From positions 1-45,008 of the IMG/VR virus record IMGVR_UViG_3300017645_000005: a DNA stretch of 45,008 nt; one strand, given 5' to 3'. The notes below the pieces were generated by a model that was not told the DNA's origin, made no database searches, and worked only from the letters and a program-made list of their open reading frames with translations. Made by a program: the position numbers and the translations under genes. The DNA comes from a virus (taxonomy: Duplodnaviria; Caudoviricetes). Position 1 is the stretch's first letter; each line of letters starts with the position of its first letter. Below are positions 1 to 7,392 of this stretch, piece by piece.

Positions 1-1
1 G

Positions 2-199
2 CACGAAGAATTGCGCGACCTGTGCAACCTGCTGTCAATTCCGACCGGAAAGCGCCCCACGAACGCGAGCATGATTAATTCGCTGCGCTGGCTCGCCACC
101 GGGCGAGACATTACGCGTGGAATTTGCTGGTCGCTGCGCGCCCGTGCTTGCATCGAAGCTGATCCAGCAATCATTGTACCGTTTGGCGAGGCAGCATGA
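2..199 (+). CDS. 3' end of a phage early gene starting before the window
   Basis: The frame is open from base 2 and its stop overlaps the next ATG (ATGA at 196-199). Confidence 0.5.
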   Translation, partial: HEELRDLCNLLSIPTGKRPTNASMINSLRWLATGRDITRGICWSLRARACIEADPAIIVPFGEAA

Positions 200-477
200 G
201 TGACACGATGTTACCCATTCTGCGCGCAATGCACGATGCTGGCACAGACGCCGAGCGCGCAGAGATCCTTTTGCTCTGCCCGATAGCCATTATGTTGAAA
301 TACAGATCGGTTCTGGAAAGTTCGTGTGAACGGCACGGCTTCTCGGCAGGGGCCGAATACCTGGCTTGTTTCTATGCTGCCATGCATCAGACCCGCCACA
401 GGGGAAGCCTGAAAGGTGCAGCCCTCAAGCATGCCGAGGGGCAGTTACTGCTCATCGCGGGTCAGGCAACGCCATGA
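196..477 (+). CDS. Phage hypothetical protein (93 aa)
   Basis: GAGG RBS upstream; ATGA coupling at both ends. Confidence 0.7.
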   Translation: MSDTMLPILRAMHDAGTDAERAEILLLCPIAIMLKYRSVLESSCERHGFSAGAEYLACFYAAMHQTRHRGSLKGAALKHAEGQLLLIAGQATP

Positions 478-989
478 GTGCAGAGGCTATAGAACTCCGA
501 AAGATTCGGGATCGGTTTAAGGCGCTCGACGGCGCGCGCTGGCAGCTTTGCTGTGTCGACAACACGACGTTTGTCGAAGCTAAAACTCGTAATGGCGAAT
601 TGATCGAAATCGCGAATTTACATCCCGTAGCAACGCCGGATGAAATCGATTTTCTGGTCAACGCGCCGGATATGGTCGGGTTTTTGCTGGGGCTTGTCGA
701 CCGCGCAATCGCGGCATCACGTAAGGCCGCGCCGGTTCAGCAAAAGCGGCGTGTTTCGAAGGACTTCGCGGCGGAAGCTGCCATGAAATGTGATCAGGCT
801 TCGTTCCGGATATATCTGGAAGAAAGGCACGGCGCTGAGGGGCCTTTGACGGCTGATACTGCCGTAGATGCATTGCGCGCCGTCCTGCGGATCAAATCAA
901 GAAAAGAACTGAATAGCGATGCCGCCGCAGCGGATCGGTGGAGCGATTTGCGCGCCGATTTTGAGGCGTGGCTGAGGGTGGGGCAATGA
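474..989 (+). CDS. Phage hypothetical protein (start MSAEAIEL)
   Basis: ATG 474 overlaps the stop of the previous gene and the stop overlaps the next ATG. Start is trimmed from the ORF-track 366. Confidence 0.75.
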   Translation: MSAEAIELRKIRDRFKALDGARWQLCCVDNTTFVEAKTRNGELIEIANLHPVATPDEIDFLVNAPDMVGFLLGLVDRAIAASRKAAPVQQKRRVSKDFAAEAAMKCDQASFRIYLEERHGAEGPLTADTAVDALRAVLRIKSRKELNSDAAAADRWSDLRADFEAWLRVGQ

Positions 990-1645
990 CGACAAATTCG
1001 GACACGATAAAACCGTTGCGCGTTCTCGTAGCTTGTGAGTTTTCCGGCACCGTACGCAATGCGTTCCTCGACGCGGGACATGATGCATGGTCGTGCGATC
1101 TTCTACCTGCTGAGGACAGGACAAACCGGCATATTGTCGGCGATGCGCGGGATCTGCTCCATGATGGCTGGGATCTGTTGATTGTTGCGCATCCGCCATG
1201 CACGCGGCTTTGCAATTCCGGCGTTCGCTGGCTGACGGTGCCCCCGCGTGGCAAGACGGTCGAACAGATCTGGCGCGAACTGGATGAAGCGGCGGAACTG
1301 TTTTCGACGTTCTGGAACGCACCCATTCATCGGGTGTGTGTCGAAAACCCTGTCATGCACAAGCATGCCAAGGCGCGCATCACAAACTATGCGCCGCCCG
1401 CCCAAAGTGTCCAGCCTTGGCAATTTGGCCATGGTGAGGTCAAGCGCACCTGCTTCTGGCTGCGTAACCTTCCGCCGTTGACAGCGACCGACATCGTCGA
1501 GGGCAGGGAGGCGCGCGTGCATCGTATGCCGCCAGGTCCTGACCGTTGGCGCGAGCGCAGCCGGTTTTTCACAGGCATAGCAGCCGCAATGGCTGATCAA
1601 TGGGGCGGACTTCCCGCCGCTCAATATCTGGAGGCCGCAGAATAA
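986..1645 (+). CDS. Short phage DNA cytosine-C5 methyltransferase-like protein
   Basis: Catalytic-like HPPCT (motif IV) and VENP (motif VI); SCDL and GDA segments resemble motifs II/III; motif I is atypical (VACEFSG). Confidence 0.7.
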   Translation: MTTNSDTIKPLRVLVACEFSGTVRNAFLDAGHDAWSCDLLPAEDRTNRHIVGDARDLLHDGWDLLIVAHPPCTRLCNSGVRWLTVPPRGKTVEQIWRELDEAAELFSTFWNAPIHRVCVENPVMHKHAKARITNYAPPAQSVQPWQFGHGEVKRTCFWLRNLPPLTATDIVEGREARVHRMPPGPDRWRERSRFFTGIAAAMADQWGGLPAAQYLEAAE

Positions 1646-2823
1646 TGGCTGAAGAACCTACCATTCGACGCGGCGTGCGCAACGCTCGCTATGCGGCGAT
1701 CCCCAACCATGTCTTTGAAGAGACGCGCCTATCCATGGAGGCGCGCTGGCTTCTTGGTTACCTGTTGTCGAAGCCGGACAACTGGACAGTGGTGTTGCGC
1801 GACATCATCAACAAGGGCAATTGCGGGCGCGACAAGGCCCGCCGTATGATTGCTGAGCTTGTCGAACTTGGTTATGCCCAGAAAGAGCAGGCGCGCGACA
1901 GTGGCCGTTTCAGCGCTCTGTCATTGGTCATTTATGACGAGCCGTTTCCAACCGAAACGGTTGAAAGTGTTGCATCTTTACCGCAGACTGAAAATCCGTC
2001 GACGGTAAATCCGTCAACGGAAAAACCGGCGACGGTAAATCCCCCCCTAGTAATAACTGATAATCTAGAAAAAACTGATTGTAGATCTGAGAGAGGGCGC
2101 GAGAGCGAGGACGATGGAGGGGAAAACCGGAAATCTGTCGAGCGTTCGTTCAAGCGTGGTTTCCATGGGTGGCCTACAGCGATATCCGATAGCGAGCCTG
2201 AGGCTTTCCGCGTCTGGCTGTCTCTGACGCCAGAAGAACGTCAAGCGGCAGTCGACGAGGCTGCGCGTTACGTCGAAGCTGCGAAGGCGACGGGCCGGAA
2301 GCTGGTTTGCTCCTATGCCGTGTATCTTCGCGAAAGACGATGGGAAAAGCTGCCAGCCAAGGCGGCGGTCGAGCAGACCGGATCTGCGCAGGCAGCACCT
2401 TTGGGCAAGATGTGGGGTGCAAGGGTCTATGAGCTTTTGCTGAACGGTCCCACCCGCGTTGTTGGCCTTACTCAGATCGAACGCGGCTTGGTGGAGAGCG
2501 GGCGCTATTCCGAGGAATATCTGCTGCACGACAAGCAGGCCAAGCAGGGCTTTCCAGCAGTGAATGAGCTTTTCGAGCGTGCAGCCGGTGGGCGCGGTGC
2601 GCTTGTTCCAGCTCGCCTGCAGGCGATCAAGGATTTGCTGGTGCAGGTTCGCGTTGGCGGCGACGAATGGAAGGCGTGGGCCGATTTCCACAGCCAGCAG
2701 GGTTGGCCATGGTTCCCAGATCCCGGCAGCGCCGAGTGGGCATATTTCCCGGCTGGTGGGCCGGAGGGTTTGAACGGTTTCGAAATCGCACTGAGGGGAT
2801 TGGGTGAAAATGATGGCAATTGA
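1645..2823 (+). CDS. Phage replication initiator (N-terminal HTH, lambda O-like organisation)
   Basis: N-terminal YAAIPNHVF..LSMEARWLLGYLLSKPDNW..ELVELGY is typical of phage replisome organisers; internal iterons; TAATG coupling. Confidence 0.8.
   Translation: MAEEPTIRRGVRNARYAAIPNHVFEETRLSMEARWLLGYLLSKPDNWTVVLRDIINKGNCGRDKARRMIAELVELGYAQKEQARDSGRFSALSLVIYDEPFPTETVESVASLPQTENPSTVNPSTEKPATVNPPLVITDNLEKTDCRSERGRESEDDGGENRKSVERSFKRGFHGWPTAISDSEPEAFRVWLSLTPEERQAAVDEAARYVEAAKATGRKLVCSYAVYLRERRWEKLPAKAAVEQTGSAQAAPLGKMWGARVYELLLNGPTRVVGLTQIERGLVESGRYSEEYLLHDKQAKQGFPAVNELFERAAGGRGALVPARLQAIKDLLVQVRVGGDEWKAWADFHSQQGWPWFPDPGSAEWAYFPAGGPEGLNGFEIALRGLGENDGN
1981..2090. repeat. Putative phage replication origin: four 15-bp iterons plus AT-rich tract
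   Basis: CCGCAGACTGAAAAT, CCGTCGACGGTAAAT, CCGTCAACGGAAAAA and CCGGCGACGGTAAAT (1981-2040), followed by TAATAACTGATAATCTAGAAAAAACTGATT. Confidence 0.7.
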
Positions 2824-3466
2824 CGCAAAGCAGATTGCAGATGCTATCACCAGACAGCCGACATTCGAGCAGGCTTGCGCTATCGACAAAGTGCTCGCAG
2901 AGCGCCGCAGGGTCGCTCGAATGAGGGCGGCGGCTGCGAATCGCGTGGGCGATGATTCTCCTTGGCTGGTGCTACAGGTGGTGTCAGGACGCGAACTTTC
3001 GGTGCGGGAAGCGCTCGAAAAAGAAAATATCGAAGTACTTGTCCCCATGAAAATGGGGCCTGTGGTTCGTCGACAGCATCGAGTCCTTCCGGCAAAACAG
3101 CAGCCCGTCATGAATGGTTACGTGCTGGTACGCTGTGCAGTTTTGAACGAATGCCTTGCCGGTCTTTTGAGTTTCGATCACGTCGTTTCGATCCTTGGTG
3201 GATATGAAGCGCCATTTCTGGTCAGTGCCGAAAAGGTATATCTTTTCAAAGCGAAAGCCGAAGATGGTAAATATGATTACGAGCATTTTCACCGGAAGTT
3301 TATCGGGGTGAAATGGGCACGTGTTGCCGACGGTCCTTTTGCTGGTTGCCGTGCAGAACTGGTTTCGGGTGGAACAAAGGGCAATGGTCTGGTTGTGATT
3401 GAGGTTTCGATTATGGGCAGGCCAGTGGCTATGACTGTGCCTATTGCAATTCTCGAACCTTTGTGA
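2810..3466 (+). CDS. NusG-family (NGN+KOW) phage transcription antiterminator
   Basis: NGN-like WLVLQVVSGRE..VLVP..VMNGYVLV and KOW-like RVADGPFAGCRAELV; occupies the lambda Q position. Start could be 2804, 2810 or 2813. Confidence 0.85.
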   Translation: MMAIDAKQIADAITRQPTFEQACAIDKVLAERRRVARMRAAAANRVGDDSPWLVLQVVSGRELSVREALEKENIEVLVPMKMGPVVRRQHRVLPAKQQPVMNGYVLVRCAVLNECLAGLLSFDHVVSILGGYEAPFLVSAEKVYLFKAKAEDGKYDYEHFHRKFIGVKWARVADGPFAGCRAELVSGGTKGNGLVVIEVSIMGRPVAMTVPIAILEPL

Positions 3467-3473
3467 GCGTAAT
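3444..3473 (+). promoter_or_regulatory. Candidate late promoter TTGCAA-N18-CGTAAT
   Basis: Sigma70-like hexamers immediately upstream of the structured leader; a weak match found by eye. Confidence 0.3.
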
Positions 3474-3479
3474 CTGCTC

Positions 3480-3620
3480 ACGGGATGATCCGGTATGAAT
3501 AGTGAACCTCGATACACGGTAAAACGTGGGGACTAGTTCCTGAGGTGGTCGCGCTCGGACCCCGCCCTGACTGCCAGAATGGCAGACATCGATTCAGGGT
3601 CAGTGCGTAAGCTATGTCCA
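3480..3620 (+). ncRNA. Structured late-operon leader with ops-like element (3604-3616)
   Basis: Nested helices ACCTC/GAGGT, CACG/CGTG, GGTC/GACC, CCCTGA/TCAGGG and CTGCCA/TGGCAG, then TGCGTAAGCTATG. Confidence 0.5.
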
Positions 3621-3636
3621 GACTTCACCGAACGAT

Positions 3637-3663
3637 GAGCGCCTGTTGGCGCTCTTTTCGTTT
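3637..3663 (+). terminator. Intrinsic terminator ahead of the late genes
   Basis: GAGCGCC-TGTT-GGCGCTC followed by TTTTCGTTT. Confidence 0.8.
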
Positions 3664-3701
3664 GTGCTAAGGATAAACGGTTTTGTTGAAAGGCCGGTCC
3701 A

Positions 3702-3830
3702 ATGATCAGATCCATCGACAATCGACTGTTTGTCCTGATCGCACTGCTGCTGGTCGGCTTCGCACTGAGTGGATGCGCAAAGCATTTCTGCACGATGGAT
3801 GACTATTTCAGCAGCAGCGCCTGCAAGTGA
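3702..3830 (+). CDS. Small 42-aa lipoprotein (not in ORF track)
   Basis: MIRSIDNRLFVLIALLLVGFALSG-CAKHFCTMDDYFSSSACK; LSGC lipobox, hydrophobic h-region, GAAAGG RBS. Confidence 0.72.
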   Translation: MIRSIDNRLFVLIALLLVGFALSGCAKHFCTMDDYFSSSACK

Positions 3831-3845
3831 CGTGGAATTGCGATC

Positions 3846-4415
3846 ATGGCTACGATCACGGCTCACTGGGCTGACAAGCACCTCTCGTTGTTCGGGTCGA
3901 GGATAGCGGTTCTCAATTCGCGCTTTCCGACGGTGCTACCGCGTATCGTCAATCAGGTGGGCAACCGGGCAAAGACACAGGTTATTCGAAACCTGACCAA
4001 GCAAACGGGACTGGCTCGCAAGACTATCGTCAAAGCGGTCGGGGATCCGGGCGTTGCTCGACCGGGCAAGCTTTCCTACGAAATGGTGACGCGAGGCGGC
4101 GATATTCGTCTGAAATATCTTTCGCCTCGCGAGTTACGCGCAGGCGTTTCCGCAAAGCCATTCGGGCAGCGCAAGTTGTTCGCGGGATCATTTCTGAAAG
4201 GCGGACGCTTTCCCGGTCGCGTCAACGTTCCAAAGTTTTACGGTCATGCTTTCCATAGGCTGAACAAGTCTGGAACCAAGATCACCTACACCCGATCAGG
4301 CGTTTTCATCCCCATGGAAATGACCAAGGGTGCAACCAGATCGGCGTTTGAGAGAACAGCAGCACCTTTGCTGCAACAGCGTGTCGACGCTGCGCTCAAG
4401 AAGCTACTGCCTTGA
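3846..4415 (+). CDS. Phage minor tail/tail-completion protein, lambda gpZ-like
   Basis: Basic 189-aa protein; RIVNQVGNRAKTQVIRNLTKQTGL resembles the gpZ family. Confidence 0.6.
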   Translation: MATITAHWADKHLSLFGSRIAVLNSRFPTVLPRIVNQVGNRAKTQVIRNLTKQTGLARKTIVKAVGDPGVARPGKLSYEMVTRGGDIRLKYLSPRELRAGVSAKPFGQRKLFAGSFLKGGRFPGRVNVPKFYGHAFHRLNKSGTKITYTRSGVFIPMEMTKGATRSAFERTAAPLLQQRVDAALKKLLP

Positions 4416-4617
4416 ACCGCTACCATGCTCTGGGTCGGCCAGAGCCGTGACCATGTTCCGTTTTCTGGTGTCGGACATGGAGGCGAGCGAGAAGCCAGCG
4501 CGCACGGCGCTCCCACAGGAGGCTAGAAGCGCGACAATTCGTTGGGTCGAGTGACCCGACAGGTAGGCATGTCGAGGGGCGAGTGCACCGACCGACCCCG
4601 ACCCCACCCCCTCCATT

Positions 4618-4690
4618 GGGTCCTTTTCCGGGTCTGTCACCGAAGCGGGTGAGCGCGACTGCGGGATTTCGGTCTCTGCGAATTTTTACA
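4618..4690 (+). other. Lambda-like cos site (cosQ 4618-4624; predicted 12-nt cohesive end GGTGAGCGCGAC 4648-4659)
   Basis: GGGTCCT-23 nt-12 nt-TGCGGGATTTCG has the same spacing as lambda GGGTCCT-23 nt-GGGCGGCGACCT-CGCGGGTTTTCG; directly upstream of the terminase small subunit. Confidence 0.75.
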
Positions 4691-4728
4691 GGGGGATTCC
4701 ACCGCCCTTTGAATGGAATCGGAATCAC

Positions 4729-5463
4729 ATGGCCAAAGGGTATTCAGACGAGCTGCGCCAGCAGGTCATAGCCTTCATTGAGGATGGCCATACCGTCCGG
4801 CAGGCAGCGGAAAAGTTCAATGTCAGCCCCAGCTTTGCTGCCAAATCGCACAAGAAGCACGTCGATCAGGCCGCGCAGCCGCTTTTGCCGGCGCAAGAGC
4901 CTGTTGAGGATGACGAACAGCCTGAAAACGATGCCGAGATAACAGCGGCGGATCTCGCAGAGATCCTGGGCGTATCGAAGCGGGCAATATCCGATTACGT
5001 CGAGCGTGGAATCATCGTGAAGACAGGTCGGAATCGCTTCGACCTGCGCAAGTCCGTCCAGCTCTATTGCGAGCACCTGCGCGGGATCGCGGCAGGGCGA
5101 GGCGGTGACAATGTCGATACGCTCGCAACAGAACGCGCCAGACTGGCGCGAGAGCAGGCCGACCAGGCAGCATTGCGCAATGCTGCAATGCGCAAGGAAC
5201 TGGTCCCTATTGCCGAGGTTCGCAACGAATGGGTTTCGATAGCTCGACGGGTCCGAAACGTGATGATGGCGGTTCCATCCAGATGCCGCCAGATGCTGCC
5301 CCACCTAACCACTTTCGATGTCGACCTGATCGACGAGGAAATTCGCACGGCACTTACAGAGCTTGGTGAAAAGGACGATGACGACGGCTCTGGCGATCTT
5401 GCGGCGGGCGGTGTGGGAAGCCCTGACGCCGCCACCGAAACTGAAGCTCTCGGATTGGATTGA
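4729..5463 (+). CDS. Terminase small subunit (Nu1-like) with extra N-terminal HTH
   Basis: wHTH ITAADLAEILGVSKRAISDY, coiled coil ERARLAREQAD; overlaps the large subunit. Confidence 0.85.
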   Translation: MAKGYSDELRQQVIAFIEDGHTVRQAAEKFNVSPSFAAKSHKKHVDQAAQPLLPAQEPVEDDEQPENDAEITAADLAEILGVSKRAISDYVERGIIVKTGRNRFDLRKSVQLYCEHLRGIAAGRGGDNVDTLATERARLAREQADQAALRNAAMRKELVPIAEVRNEWVSIARRVRNVMMAVPSRCRQMLPHLTTFDVDLIDEEIRTALTELGEKDDDDGSGDLAAGGVGSPDAATETEALGLD

Positions 5464-7195
5464 GCAGACAGTTTATCTCCCGGAGGGTGTATCGTCCCTG
5501 ACGGGTCGGGTGAGGCTCTGGCCGCCGCAGCGCGAGATTGCAGACGCTATCGGCGACAGCGCGCTTGAGCGTGTCACGCTGGTGAAGCCGGTGCGAGTCG
5601 GCTTCACGACGCTTCTGACAAGCGCGATGGCCAGTTTCTGTTCGAACGATCCGTCACCAATCCTTTCGCTCCTGCCGACTGAGGCCGACTGCCGCGACTA
5701 TATGGTTTCGGATGTCGAGCCGATCTTTGATGCCTCGCCAGCGCTCAACGGATTGTTGACCGGCGATGTTGATGAAGGCGGCAGAAACACTCTGCTTTCC
5801 CGGCGCTTTCCGGGCGGGTTTCTGAAAGTCATTGCGGCAAAGGCACCGCGCAACTTGCGCCGCCATAATGTTCGCATCCTGTTTATCGATGAGGCAGACG
5901 GCATGTCGGCGACCAAGGAAGGGTCGCCGATCCTGCTCGCCGAGCGCCGCACCCTGTCGTTTGCGGATCGCAAGATCGTAATGGGGTCGACACCGGTTTA
6001 TGAGGAAACCAGCCATGTGCTGCAATCCTATGAGCAGTCGGACAAGCGAATTTATGAGGTGCCTTGCCCTGAGTGCGGACACTTCCACGAGATCCAGTGG
6101 TCAGACATTCAGTGGCCGGAAGGTGAGCCGGAGAAAGCCTATTATGTTTGCCGGGAGTGCGGCTCGGTTATCGATGAGCGCCACAAGCCCGGCATGGTTG
6201 CGAATGGTCGCTGGCGGGCATTGAAGCCGGAAGTCAAGGACCATGCAGGGTTTCGGATGAACGCCCTGATTTCCCTACTACCGAATGCGTCATGGGGGCG
6301 ATTGGCGAAAGAGTTTGTCGGCGCGAAGAATGATCCGTCGAAGCTTCAAACGTTCATCAACACGATCCTCGCGCAAGGCTGGAAGGAAAACACCGACGAG
6401 CTGGATGATATCGAGCTTGCAAGCCGCGCCGAAGATTTCAGCCTGGTTGCGGAAACTCCAGACGATGACGATGCGACGGCCACGACGGGCATTCCTGTTC
6501 AGGTTCTCATCATCACCGCAGGCGTTGACGTGCAGGATGATCGGTTGGAAATCACCTTCATAGGTTGGGACAAAGAGGGGATTCCTTACGCCCTCGGACA
6601 TGAGGTGATCTGGGGTCGATACGACGATCACACGACCTGGTCTGAATTGGATGTTGCGCTCGGCACTCAATGGGATCATCCGCTCGGCGGCAAGATCAAG
6701 GTCGATGCCACCTGCATCGATAGCTCGGACGGCGAAACGATGGAAACTGTCTATCGTTATGCTTTCCCACGGTTCCGCAGGCGCGTGTTTGCGATCAAGG
6801 GTGTGGGCGGCAACCGGCCCTGGATTGAGAAATCCAAGTCCACCGTCAAGGGTGGAAAGCTGTTCATCGTCGGTGTCGACGGCATCAAGAGCCATATTTT
6901 CGGTCGGCTGGCGCGCGCCGGATCCATGCGCTTCTCGAAATCGCTGCCGGATGTCTGGTTTGAACAGCTCGTAGGTGAGCAACTGGTAGTCAAATATTCG
7001 CGCGGACAAACGGTCCGGCAATTCGTTCCGGTGCCAGGGCGACGACACGAAGCTCTCGACTGCACGGTTTATGCCTTCGCCGCTCGCCAGATGGTGAATG
7101 CGAACTGGGCGCACCGTGAGGGTGAGTTGTCGACGCCACCGGAAATCAAACCTGTCTCATCCCTTCCACAGATCGCACCTTCGGAGTGGTTATAA
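5378..7195 (+). CDS. Terminase large subunit, lambda gpA family
   Basis: KPVRVGFT Walker A-like motif, LFIDEAD Walker B, GSTP, CPEC/CREC Zn motif, AGVDVQDDR nuclease motif, HEALDC; AAGGA RBS before ATG 5378. Confidence 0.95.
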   Translation: MTTALAILRRAVWEALTPPPKLKLSDWIEQTVYLPEGVSSLTGRVRLWPPQREIADAIGDSALERVTLVKPVRVGFTTLLTSAMASFCSNDPSPILSLLPTEADCRDYMVSDVEPIFDASPALNGLLTGDVDEGGRNTLLSRRFPGGFLKVIAAKAPRNLRRHNVRILFIDEADGMSATKEGSPILLAERRTLSFADRKIVMGSTPVYEETSHVLQSYEQSDKRIYEVPCPECGHFHEIQWSDIQWPEGEPEKAYYVCRECGSVIDERHKPGMVANGRWRALKPEVKDHAGFRMNALISLLPNASWGRLAKEFVGAKNDPSKLQTFINTILAQGWKENTDELDDIELASRAEDFSLVAETPDDDDATATTGIPVQVLIITAGVDVQDDRLEITFIGWDKEGIPYALGHEVIWGRYDDHTTWSELDVALGTQWDHPLGGKIKVDATCIDSSDGETMETVYRYAFPRFRRRVFAIKGVGGNRPWIEKSKSTVKGGKLFIVGVDGIKSHIFGRLARAGSMRFSKSLPDVWFEQLVGEQLVVKYSRGQTVRQFVPVPGRRHEALDCTVYAFAARQMVNANWAHREGELSTPPEIKPVSSLPQIAPSEWL

Positions 7196-7197
7196 TC

Positions 7198-7392
7198 ATG
7201 GCGTCAATAGACGATCAGATCGCAGCGCTAGAGGAAGCTATTCTGACCGGCGCAAAAAAGGTCATCTTCCACTCAGGCGGCACCCGCCGTGAGGTGGAAT
7301 ATCATTCCTTGAAAGACATGCGGGAAACGCTTGCGGATCTTCGGGCCCGTAAATCGCGCGGCCCTCGCACCATTCTGGCGGCGTTAGACTAA
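7198..7392 (+). CDS. Head-tail joining protein, gpW-like
   Basis: IAALEEAILTGAKKV..EVEYHSL; located between terminase and portal. Confidence 0.85.
   Translation: MASIDDQIAALEEAILTGAKKVIFHSGGTRREVEYHSLKDMRETLADLRARKSRGPRTILAALD

Noticed and set aside
4586-4614. G-quadruplex on the minus strand next to cosQ
   Set aside because: Only three long G-tracts plus GG runs; no support for function beyond composition.
4330-4771. ORFs between the gpZ-like gene and terminase
   Set aside because: No convincing RBS or motifs; the region is better explained as the non-coding cos region.
4729-4860. IS630 insertion sequence at the terminase gene
   Set aside because: Only an HTH-like segment is present; no DDE domain, inverted repeats or frame disruption.
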